Assembly (NCBI GenBank): GCA_907165135.1
Contig: OU015567.1
Location: forward strand, 2,914,001 to 2,978,000
Length of the DNA stretch: 64,000 nucleotides
Reading direction: 5' to 3'
Origin: Oikopleura dioica
Taxonomy: Eukaryota; Animalia; Chordata
Made by a program: the position numbers and the translations under genes. Shown here piece after piece: positions 1 through 10,506 of the stretch (its first letter is position 1; each line of letters begins with the position of its first letter). The notes below the pieces were generated by a model. That model was not told where the DNA came from and made no database searches. It saw nothing but the letters and a program-made list of their open reading frames with translations.

Positions 1-87
1 AATCTTGTTGCTTAAAAATTTAGATATGTAAGGGTAGAAACCCCCTTTATTTCAAGTAATGCGTCGAAAAATGAAACAAAAATTAAG

Positions 88-537
88 GTTATCGAGTTGG
101 AAAAGGAAAATCAAGATGGAAAAATGATACTAGGCTGCTCTGTCGGTGGAGGAATCGACCAAGATGAATATCAAAATCCATTTAGCAAAGGAGACAGGTA
201 CTTATTTCATCGCTTTTGGAGCTTATTTAATTTTCAGTGGAATCTTCGTTTCAAAAATCAGAAGGCTAAGTCCAGCAGACAAAGCAGGACTTGAAGTTGG
301 AGACAAAATTGTCGAGGTAAGATGAATAACTGACCCGTTTTGCCTATTTTTCAGGTGAATGGAAAACAGTTGACAAAGATAAGCCACGAAAACGCGCTGA
401 AATTGCTGACAAATGACGCTGAGGAGTTTCTTGAGCTAAAAGTGATGCGAAATATGGTGACTGATGATCCGCGATTGATGATGAAACGAGCTGCTGTCGA
501 ATTCAAGGTCGCTCGCTCTAGCCGATTTATGGAGTAA
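88..537 (+). CDS. TAX1BP3: PDZ-domain protein, TAX1BP3/TIP-1-like (3 exons visible, 5' end outside window)
   Basis: Spliced product VIELEKENQDGKMILGCSVGGGIDQDEYQNPFSKGD-GIFVSKIRRLSPADKAGLEVGDKIVE-VNGKQLTKISHENALKLL matches the TIP-1 signature (GFSIGGGIDQD..QNPFS; GL..GDKI..VNG); two short GT-AG introns. Confidence 0.78.
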
Positions 538-643
538 AAAACTTTCTTCGATTCGTTTTTGCAATTTTACTTTGTGTTTTTTGATGTCACCTGCCACCTG
601 CTTTTCTTCAAACAAATTAATTTCTTAATAAAATGAACATTAA

Positions 644-1313
644 GGACCCCCCCATCAAGATGAATTTGGTCAAAATTTTCTGTATTTTTTGGTCGTTTTG
701 GGTTCTTTAGACAACGAGGAGAAACTTTTATGTTGAAATTTTTTCGCTGCTATAGAAATTTTTGACTAAAATTGGCTTTAAAAAATGAAAATTTGCATTA
801 TATTTTTTATGAAAATCCTTGGTTTGCTATATTTTCATTTTAATTAAGGGTATACCCATCTTAAAATGCATTTCCATCATAAAAACAGTCAGAAAAATAT
901 AAATTATATTATATAATCGAAGGCAGTTTTTTGAAGAAAAACTTAAAATTGAAATCTGTAAATTTGCCTTTTATTCGACTTATAAATTTTTAACGGGGCA
1001 GTCCTCCTTAAGTTCGTCGACCAAAAACTCTCAAAAGAGGAACGGTCGTAGCTTAGGGCCTTAACTTTATCCTGTAAAAAAATTAAGGGTATACCTCAAC
1101 TAAAATCCTAAAAAAAACTTTCACTAAGCAACTTTACCTATAAGGGCCTGTATACCCTTAAATTTGTAATCAAGAGATTATCATAAGGGGAACGGTTGCA
1201 GCCGAGGGTTTGATCTAAAGGTAGCAAGTGAAAGTAAGGATCTACCTTAGACAGTTTCTGAGAAAAACTTTCACTAAACAGCCCCTTTTTCACGATTCTT
1301 GATGGGGGGGTCC
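644..1313. mobile_element. Non-autonomous TIR element, TTAA target site, GG..CC termini (Kolobok-like)
   Basis: TTAA(640-643)|GGACCCCCCCATCAAGA ... TCTTGATGGGGGGGTCC|TTAA(1314-1317); same terminal motif as 62593-62931. Confidence 0.85.
848..1157. mobile_element. Probable nested TTAA-flanked MITE(s) with GGGTATAC termini
   Basis: TTAA|GGGTATACC at 844 and 1083; GTATACCC|TTAA at 1150-1161; lies inside 644-1313. Only 8-bp termini. Confidence 0.4.
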
Positions 1314-1388
1314 TTAATGTCAAAAAAAATCCTTACGATTAAATTAGTCGCTCAAATTATCTATCACGTCAAAAACTACCTACTATTA

Positions 1389-1610
1389 CAGTCAGGTCTT
1401 GCAATTGCGCGAACTGCAATTGCGCGGTTTTTGGCGAAAATCCCGAAAATTTTTGCATTTTCCTAAAATGCTTTTTTTGATAGTAAAAAGAAAAGAGGAG
1501 AAAATTCAATAAAATTGGCCCATTTTCAAAAAAAAATTGACGGCTTGCAATTATTTGGTTTTTGGCGAAAATCCCGAAAAATAAAACCGCCCATTTGCAA
1601 GACCTGACTG
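1389..1610. mobile_element. Tc1/mariner-type MITE
   Basis: TA|CAGTCAGGTCTTGCAA ... TTGCAAGACCTGACTG|TA; TA TSD and CAGT ends; internal direct repeat GGTTTTTGGCGAAAATCCCGAAAA x2. Confidence 0.88.
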
Positions 1611-1799
1611 TAATCAGGAACTTTAATACTGAAATAATTTGTTTACATGAAATGAGGCACTTCCCATTAAAAATTTTTCGATCCTCTGAAAAGTTGAAAA
1701 TTATACACTGACCTTTGGGCCCCGAAGCGCCGAGCCCTTTCATCAGCAGATTCAGAATTTTCGATAAATAAACCAGAGAAAAGCCAGAAAATCGAGACT

Positions 1800-3306
1800 A
1801 TGAAAATTCTTTGGCCCCTCTTTACTGCAGTTCTAGCTCAAGAAGGGGCTTTTGAAGGAGATGAAGGTGTTTATGTCAGGTAGAGATATTCTGTCAAAAG
1901 AAGGTAAAACAGGACTTCTAGACCGGCGTTTGGACCAGAAATCAGAGGAAGAATGCAGGCTCCCCGGCCGACTTTGAGACCCGTTGGTGGAGGAAAACGA
2001 CCGATCAAGAAAGTAGCGCCAAAGAAAGTTGCAAAGAAATCCCCAAAGAAAGTCATCAAGAAGAAGCCAATCAAAAAGGTGCCAAAGAAGAAAGTCCCTC
2101 CTCGACCGAAAACGACAAAGAAAACAACAACGACTACCACCACGACCACCACAACTTCTACGACAACGACTGAAGAAACAACAACAGTTCCAGCAACGAC
2201 TACAGTAGAGACCACAGAATCGGTTGTTGAAGAACAGAGAGAAGTCGTCGAGCTTCCAGGAAATTGAATCAAATTTGAGCCAAGAATGAAATCAAAGCAT
2301 TTTTGATCCAAAAACAGAGATCAATGAGGCAAAAGGCTGGAATACTTACAATCAGTACCCAAATAACTACAACAACAACCAGGTCCAAAATGTCGATCAA
2401 TACATTACCCAGGTAAGATAACGGGGAATGAAATTATTCAATTGAATAATTTCAGACGGCGCAGGGATACGCTGCTGGAGATCCCCACTTTATGGTGGAG
2501 ACAGAGGGCCAGCCGCCAATTTGCTTCGATTTCAACCCGCCTATGGATGCTGATTTGAACTTGTTTTCAGACCCAGAGAGTGGCTTGATGCTCACAGGAA
2601 ATTATTGAGAAAATTTTTTGAGATTTTTACTTTGAACAATTTTCTTAATGAAAACAGCGACGTTGGAGGAAAATGAGAAAGGCGACGAGTTCATCACTCA
2701 AATCCACTTCCGATCGCCGGACGGCTCTTTTCTCAAATTCGGACTCAATGGAGTCATGGAAGAAGGCCTCGATGGGGAGCGAGGGATCGTTTCTGACCCT
2801 CTCACTGGGGATCAGATTTATGGAGACTTGAGTTTCTTCTCCAACTGGTATGACTTGTTATGGATGAAAAAGTGAGAGAATATCTTTAGGAATGAAAACG
2901 GGCTTCATGAGCATACAAAAGTCAAAGTCGAAAATGGACCAACTTTTATCGTTCGATCGAATCTGATCCACAGAAATCTTCAGGTGAGCGCTCCATTCTA
3001 TATCAAAAAAATAACCATGTTTAGGTTGCTGTATCAGATGCAGCAGGCGTTTCAAGCCGAACCAAGGGCGTCATCGGCCTTTTTACCCGACCCAACGCCT
3101 ATTTCGTCACAGAAAAAGGCCCCACAGAAGACGAAGAACAACTTGCCTCAGTTACCATCAAGTAAGATTTCAAGCCAAGTCAACCTTCAACTCAAAATTC
3201 TAGCGGACACGATTTCAACGCCCTCCTCCAGAGATTCCACCACACAGAAGCGTGCTGGGTTATTGCCGAAATGGACGCTTTGGATATGCTCGCGATTTTA
3301 GCTTGA
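1800..3306 (+). CDS. Secreted protein: signal peptide, Lys/Pro-rich tract, Thr-rich mucin tract, ITI heavy-chain C-terminal (ITI_HC_C)-like domain
   Basis: MKILWPLFTAVLAQ signal; KKVAPKKVAKK.. then poly-Thr; GDPHFMVETEGQPPICFDFNPPMDADLNLFSDPESGLMLT resembles ITI_HC_C (GDPHF..CF..L.L..DP..G); last exon ..HHTEACWVIAE..ILA*; two GA-AG introns. Confidence 0.72.
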
Positions 3307-3342
3307 TAACTTTCTACCTTGCAAATAAAATAACACTTTTTT

Positions 3343-3900
3343 TTAAAGCAAGGTATTATTTGGAAGAACAGAGTTTGATTCAGAATTGAGAGGGTTTTTC
3401 AAGTTTCGATTTTCCCATCGCTCGTTCCAGTATCGCATGGTTAGGAATACTTTTTCACAGAAGTGGCATTCTTCAGATTTGGGTCGATCTGGTCCTTTTG
3501 GGCTTGTTTTCAGGGGAAGAGATTCGGATGTTTCGGAATTTTCAAAGATTGTCATTTCACTAGGAACTCAAAGTTATCGACAAAACCTTCTTTGGATATT
3601 TTACCTGATGAAACTTTTGTCAGCTCGTCGGGGCGTCAAAAATTTCCCCTCGGAAACCGACCAAATTGAAGTTGAAATTGAGGAAGATTTGATCTCTGAC
3701 ATTTTTTGTTGTCTCAGCTGCGGAATGAGCTCTCCCGTGAAACTGGATTTGAATTATTTACAGTGCTTGTGCATGTTGCAAGGGCAGAAAAAAGAATTCA
3801 TTCAAGGGATCATTTGCATAATCGTTTTGTTTCTTGATCAAAAATAGGAAGACCATAAGCAAAGAAGAATTTTGAAATGCCTGCAAAATAATCATGGCCA
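3343..3900 (-). CDS. Possible small hypothetical gene
   Basis: Minus-strand segments with GT/AG boundaries; last segment has ECHFCEKVF (CxxC). Model not closed. Confidence 0.22.
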
Positions 3901-4160
3901 TATAAATGAACAAATAATAGAAGCGTTAACTTCTATCTTGCATAACTTACAGAATTTTTGAATTTGATAAAACAGTGCAGAAAAGTTGAATCAGCTGGTG
4001 GAGCGCGTCACAGATGACGATGTGCAGCAAAAAAGGTCTTATCGCCGCTCCGGCCAATCAGTGTGCCCAATCACTATCTGTCTGGTACCTAATCTTCTTT
4101 CCTTTCCAAGAGTTTTCCAAAAGAAATTTCTTCAAAGCCCTTTTTTCATAAAAGAGAAAA

Positions 4161-7100
4161 ATGAGACCAATTTACAATGCTCCAAAAGTGGCCGAAAAGA
4201 AGGACAAAAAAGCAAAATCTTCAAGGTAAAAGCGACAACTAGAATCTTCTCTGAATGTTACTGTAGCTCATTTCTCCCTTTGCACATGCAGCACTGTATC
4301 AACATGTCAAAACAGCAATCAGACAAGACCTACGTCGCCGACGCCAAAAAATCAAACTCGAAGAACTCCTTCCGAGTGACGGAAAACCAAGGCTACAAGC
4401 AAGCAAAACAAGTAGCTGCAGAAACCAGCGTCAGAAATTATTCTAAAACGAAAGAAGAAGTGATCAAGACATTCAAGGGCGCGCAGAACTTGGGCTACGA
4501 CAATCCGGAATTGCAGAGACACAAGAAAATTCAAGAGCAAGTTTCGAAGAATATTTACAAAGAGGATTATGAATTGGAAAAGGATGCGATTTATTATCCA
4601 GCGGATTGGAATCCAGGAAAGAGTTTGCATTTCTGCTTCACAAGACCCAATTTATTAAGTCTTGAACTTAGTTATTTGCACTGGGCAGTATCAACCATGT
4701 GATGATATAATTATTTATTACGCTTCGAATCCTCTTCCTCCAAGAAAATCCTTACGGCCGTCTTATGGTCTGTCTTTGAGAAATAATTCGTGCCCATTTA
4801 AATATTTAATAAGTAGAAAAACCATAACTGTAAATTTTTTTTCATTTTATTTGAATTTTTTGCACTTTCTGTCTAGTGTGAGAATAATTGCATCAATGTC
4901 AAAAAGTTGAAACCACCACTTCTAAATCAGATAAATCTTAATCTTAAAAAAATCTAAAAAAACAAGAAAAAGGAAAATTTAATCAATAAAAGATAAATTT
5001 CGCCAATTTTTCCAAATTATTTGGTCAAAATTTTTCAATCATCAATTAGTCAAAAATCAACTTGAAAAAGGCTATCAACAACAACTCGCCACGAAAAACG
5101 AAGAACTTTCTTCAAAAAAACGCTCTGAGCTCGCAAAAAACGACTACACTTTCAACGCCTGCGAGACGGAAATCTACAAGAACCAGAAGTCGAAGAAAGA
5201 GTCCGAGCTTCAGTACAACAAAGATTGGGAAGAATCGAAAGCGAAGATCAAAGGCACGACCGAAACCGTCGAACTCGCCCGCGTCAAAGAAGTAGCTCAA
5301 ACGCAAAGCCAGCGAATTTACACTCAAAATGGCAAAGAATTTCTGAAAAATTACGATTTGAACAAAGGATTGATGAATCGAGGAGACATTGCTCACGATG
5401 TCAATTCGAAGAAAACGAGCGATGTTTTGAACAAGAATTACAAAGCAGATTGGGAAGACAGCAAGATGAAAACGGAGTTTGAGAAAAACCTGGGAGAGGT
5501 TAATGGAATCAAGGTTAGGCCAATTTATACTAGCGGCTGTTCTGACTCAGCAACTCAGCAGATAGAAATCTAATATTTTTAACCTCTTCGATCGAAAATC
5601 AAGAATATTCATCTGCTCTTTTTTTCTTACTCGGTTAATTTAGCATACACTCGAAACATCAAAAAATGTCATCGACGCTTCCGGCGCTCGCTACAAAAAA
5701 GATGCCCAAGAAACCAACCGTCAAAACCAGTTCACCAAGACTTTCTGCGATACCGAGCACTACAAGACTTCGAAGAAAATCACCGAAGTGACGAGAGATT
5801 CGATTTATCAAAAAGGAAAGCAGGATATGATCAAAACGCACAAGGGTTTTCAGTCGCTTGATATTTCCAAAGTGCCTTCTTTCCAGGTACAAATACGGCC
5901 CCCGCGCGCCAACAGGTTAACATGTCTTTTCAGCAACACGAAGCCAATCAAAAACAACTGTCAAAACACGCTTATTCCGAAGACTGGAATCTCGAAAAAG
6001 ACTCTGTTTATTTCCCCGCTCACGCGACCGAAAGCTACGAAAAGTAAGTGGAACTTGACTTTCATCCGTGACAATGGACGGATTATTTTGACAACAAGCG
6101 TGGCCCCAGTCACGTGAAAAAGTGAACATCGAAAAAATGCATAATCTTATTTTGGATGAGCCTTTGAACTTTCTTTTCTAGTGCCCAAAAAGCGCAGGAA
6201 GCTATTTCCACGTCGAAGTACAGGAAAGATGCTGAGAAGACGATGAAGGTACTGTAGTTGATAAATGTTTTCATTAACAATGATAATTTTTAGGAAGGGA
6301 ATAATTTCAACATCGCGGAGTCAGAAAAATATCAAAATGACAAGCTCAGACAACAGGTATGAATCATTACGTTTTAAGGGGGTAGAAACAGCTTTCTCGA
6401 TTTTCAACTGTAGCTACATAGAAGAAAACATAAGATTTATTTATGTTAACGGCTATTCCTCATAAATGTTCCTAGAAAAGGGGTTGAGGTTCACAAAACT
6501 GTGAATGAAATTTGTTTAACTATCAGGTGACTCGAGATATTCGTGTTTGAAAAGTGGCGAAAAAAGAGAATTTCGGAGAGATGAGTTGCTTCTGAGCCCG
6601 CTTACTCAAAAAATTGATGACTAAAACAAATTTTGAGGGAAATGCTCCTAGAACTAAGATGTTTCTATCTAAACCTGAAAAGAAAATTTGAAAATAAAAG
6701 ATTTTCTTGTCTGTAGCACCGGTCAAAAATCGCCTTTTTCGGAAAAAGCCGTTTCTACCCCCTTAATACGAATCGTATGGGATTATCATGACTGGAATTT
6801 TTGACTCGAAATTTTTACAAATAACTATCATAAGCACGAAAAAATATTGATTCTTGATTATGAAAATTTTGCCAAAATCGATGTTGACACCCTTAAAATA
6901 GATGAAAACGTGTCTAGAAAACGGTGTTCTCCTAAGTTCATGTAGAAAGAATGATATAAGTACATTTCTCTTTATCGCGGATGTTCAAATTGGTCGGGTA
7001 GCCTTATCACCAGTTCACGTTTTTCTACCATCCTTTGATAAGCACAAAAACCGATCTAAGCAGTTTTTCGGCGTAAAAGTTAAAGCGTTTTTCAGGTCAC

Positions 7101-10100
7101 TTCGGAGAAGGCTTACAAGGAAGCTTGGGAAGCAGAGAAGGCGAAAATCAAGGGAGATACTGTCTCCGGCCAGCTGGAGCAGTCGAAGTATTTGGCGAGT
7201 TTGAGGGTAAGTCGTGGACAAGTATTTTTGTTATTGCTGCTCGACAGTAATGAGCACTTGAAATGGTTATGAGCGGTGAACGTGGCTTATAATGAACTTG
7301 CCGCGCAGATGACATAACTTCGTCAGTTTCTAGTTTTTCGAAAGACTGTTTTTCTAAAAAATCATTTATTGAATCAGATCATGAGGAAATCAGAAAATTT
7401 TCTTGATTTGAGAATCGTTGAACGCTGTTCGGCATTTTGGACAAGTTTTTGGATTCAGGGCATTCAAGCAAGAAAAGCAAAATGAGTGAAAACAGGTGAC
7501 AATGCAGGCTTGTTGATGATCCTCGCCATATTCCTCCAAGCAAACCCCACAGCAGTTCATGTTGTTCTTATCAACTTTCTTCTTAGCGCCTTAAATTTTG
7601 CTTAGATTTAGGAGCAAACAGTCATTTTACCAAGTTTTTTGGAGTGGAGGACTCTCGCCCAAGTGGACTCTCGCCCAAGTGGACTCCCGCCCAAAAGGAC
7701 TCTCGCCCAACTTGGGCGGGAGTCCATCTTAGGCGAGAGTCCATGTGGTAATTTTCAACCATGAGAAACAGAAAGTTGGGCGAGAGTCCATCTTGGGCGA
7801 GAGTCCACTTGGGCGAGAGTCCTCCACTCCAATTGTTAATGACTATTCAATGACAAAAGAAAGCAATGAGCTGTATATAATATATATGCGATGTACTTTA
7901 TATAAATTAAAGTTAGGGTTATGGGGCACTGGGCAAAATGACAGAACAACCTTACCCGAGGGTAACCCTAAGTAACCCTAGACTAGACCCCGGAATCTTA
8001 GGACCTAAGGGGCGAAGCCCCGTGGTAAGGGGCAATTAGATTTGATAATTTTGGCTGAAAAGAGGTGCAGTAGGACTGACCTTCTCTTTCAACCTAGTCG
8101 AAGATTAGCACTTTTTTTGAGAGTTCCCGTTTCGGTTCGTCCAGCAAGATAAGCGAAAGCATAAATTCTTTGATGTGAGAAAATATTGCGCTTCGGTAAT
8201 AAAACTGGAACTCTCAAAAAAGTGCTAATCCTCGACTAGGTTGAAAAAGAAGGTCAGTCCTACTGCACCACTTTTCACTACGCCTAACTTGGGCGGGAGT
8301 CCATCTTGGGCGGGAGTCCACTTGGGCGAGAGTCCACTTGGGCGAGAGTCCTCCACTCAGTTTTTTGATCTCATTCGCCTTTGCAGTTAGTTCTTTTACT
8401 TTTTGCTCGAGGTTTTGAATGGAAGTCTGAAAATCTGCATCAGCTTTTTTCGTTCGAGTAAGCTTTTTTCCAAATCTTTCATTTCTTTTTGATTTTTCGA
8501 TGATTTTTCTCTCTCTTGTTCGAGGGATTTTTTTGCAGCTTCAAGATCCTTGTCGTTGTTTTTCAATTCACGAAGTCGTTTGATTTCATTTTCATGATGG
8601 TGAATTTCGGCATCAATTATTGTTGACTCATTCTTGATTGGATTGCAGCCGGTTTCATGGTGCTTGAAGAACTCCTTGTAAGAAAATTTCGCACTGCATT
8701 CTTCGTAAGGACATTTGAATAAGAGACCACTCATATCAGAACATGGTTTTCTACCAATAAGTGGAGTAAAAGGATTACACATTTGGCACGGGTCCCTTTT
8801 CTTTATACAGCTTGATCACAAATTATCGAACGAATAAAAAAAATAATATACCCACATCTAGAACACTCATAAAATTTCCCTGTGTTCTCTGAATGGATGA
8901 AGATTGCTGGTATACTTTTGTTTTGTTCTTCGGTCCGGGACCACATCCTCTGTCAAAATGAACAAATTTTTGTCATCAAGCTCCCATATTCAGTCATTCA
9001 AATGTTTGCATTTCGAATATTACCTCGGCTCATAAATCCAACACAAATCTCAAACACAAAGGCCTGCATAGCTAAGTCACCTCAGAAGAAAACTGAAAGT
9101 CCCCGCCGTGCCTTACAAGGAGCTTCGAGTAGCATCTGTCACTCAAACAAAATTAAGGACCGAAATTACAAGGCCGATTACGAGCGGACGAAAGCAATCA
9201 ACAACGTGGACTTCAACACGCCCGAGTACCTCCGCGCCAAGCAGAATCAGTTCATGCTTTCTGACAGGTAAACTTTCCAAACTCTTCGTTATATCTCCCT
9301 ACATATCATCTTTTCTCATAATTCAATTCAATTCAATTCAAAATGGAGTCGCTTCCTTGTTTTGAAAGCAGAGAAAAACATGGACATTGACGCGCAACTC
9401 ATTTTAGAAAACGATAGACGCGTCCCAAAACATTTCCATTTTTTGCTCCATTTCTTGACTCATTCTTTGTACTTTTAGACACTTTTCATCCGCTTTAGTC
9501 TGAGCTCGCAACCTGTGTAGAAAACCTGAGTCAGGTGAAGAAGAGCTCGAATCACAATTTCAATTTTTTTCTTTATACTGGCGAAGCCGCTTTGCGGCTT
9601 CGTTTAAAGAAAAAGCCGCTGCGCGGCTTTTCATTTCAGCTCTTTTTTACCTGACTCAGATTTTCTACACAGGTTTGCGGAGCCGAGGCTTTAGTTATAA
9701 CAATAAAAAAATTGCTCGTTCCCGAAAAATAAATTTTTCCTTATTCAGAAATTACTGGAAAGATTACGAAGGACCGGAAAGGGAAGACGATTCCGACGGC
9801 GAGGAATATACAGAAGAGGAATTGGAAATCATGCGTCGCGCGTACGAGGAGCATTTGGCACGTGAGGCCGCAATGGAACGCCAACACGAGGAGAAAGAAG
9901 AGGAGCAACAGCAGATTTCGCAACATTCGCCAGAGCAATCAAGTGGTAAGAAAAAAGAGGGGTGAATTTTGTTGAAACGTGCGCAACGTTAACCTGTTTG
10001 CGTCAAAAACACGTTAAGCGCTGAAAATTCCAGCGTCTCGTTTTTAATCCGTCTCGAAACCGCATTTCGTTCTCTTTTGAAGCTATTTCCATGTTTTGGC

Positions 10101-10376
10101 AGCTTTTTTACTTCAAACGCTGAGTTGTGGCGATAATAAATTATGCGCCCCGTCAAGCAGGTAGTTTTTCTCGTGTATAATTTTTAAAATGAGTTGAATC
10201 GCTACAATTTCATCTTTTTTCACGATGCTTTTTTGAGGGATAAAATCAGGGGATGAAAAATTTTTTTAGATGAAGAGGAAGAGCCAGAGCCAATAAGAAA
10301 TGCTGATGGTTATTCAAGATCTCCCATTCCTGAGTATTCTCCTGCAAGTTCTGAGTCTGAGTCAGAATCTGAATGA
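4161..10376 (+). CDS. Nebulin-repeat actin-binding protein (nebulin/NRAP family) with acidic C-terminal tail
   Basis: Many SDxxYK-type modules across exons: QSDKTYVADA, SKNIYKEDYELEKDAIYYPADWNP, SELQYNKDWEESK, SEKAYKEAWEAEK, DRNYKADYERTK..TPEYLRAKQNQFMLSD; final exons EEYTEEELE.. and ..SESESESE* (TGA 10374-10376). Start codon uncertain. Confidence 0.85.
6378..6762. mobile_element. TTAA-flanked MITE (Kolobok-like) in nebulin intron
   Basis: TTAA|GGGGTAGAAAC ... GTTTCTACCCCC|TTAA; similar terminus TAAGGGTAGAAAC near position 29. Confidence 0.7.
7642..8358. mobile_element. Composite non-autonomous Mutator-like element, 9-bp TSD
   Basis: AGTTTTTTG at 7633-7641 and 8359-8367; >50-bp TIRs GAGTGGAGGACTCTCGCCCAAGT.. 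built from 14-mer GGACTCYCGCCCAA repeats; extra internal right end finishing at 7829. Confidence 0.92.
8056..8277. mobile_element. Hairpin MITE nested in the Mutator-like element
   Basis: ~72-bp inverted arms 8056-8128 (TGAAAAGAGGTGCAGTAGGACTGACC..GAGAGTTCC) and 8207-8277 with few mismatches; no clear TSD. Confidence 0.75.
9504..9683. mobile_element. Small MITE-like inverted repeat in nebulin intron
   Basis: GCTCGCAACCTGTGTAGAAAACCTGAGTCAGGTGAAGAAGAGCT vs AGCTCTTTTTTACCTGACTCAGATTTTCTACACAGGTTTGCGGAGC; two internal hairpins. Confidence 0.7.
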
Positions 10377-10506
10377 TTAAATTTTTCTGTTCAAGAATAA
10401 AAAAAAAAGTTTTCGAGTTCAGGAGCACTTTTTATTTGAATTTTTTTGTACAGATATTTCTTTCAATTCCGCATTTTGTATTTACACAATTTTCGTTTTC
10501 AAGTTT

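Larger units (their letters stand above)
7390..8946 (-). pseudogene. Nested Zn-finger/coiled-coil/C3HC4 RING E3-ligase-like gene, disrupted by an insertion and a 1-nt frameshift
   Basis: ATG 8946; 41-nt GT-AG introns 8851-8811 and 7630-7590 with matching phases; ECSRCGCIKKRDPCQMC, TRAF-like CPYEECSAKF..HHETGC, coiled coil, terminal RING CGVCLEEY..CFHSFCFSC..CPKC; exon 2 broken by 7642-8358 and a frameshift in the T6 run at 8445-8450. Confidence 0.8.

Noticed and set aside
1871-2311. Very hydrophobic poly-Val ORF
   Set aside because: Antisense shadow of the Thr/Lys-rich exon.
7642-7829. Regular 16-bp-period repeats resembling a CRISPR array
   Set aside because: No unique spacers, units are inverted at the two ends, a 9-bp TSD is present and the context is eukaryotic: these are TIR sub-repeats.
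7910-7990. TTAGGG/CCCTAA-like motifs here and at ~59320-59370 and ~60800
   Set aside because: Only one to three degenerate units within repeats; not telomeric arrays.
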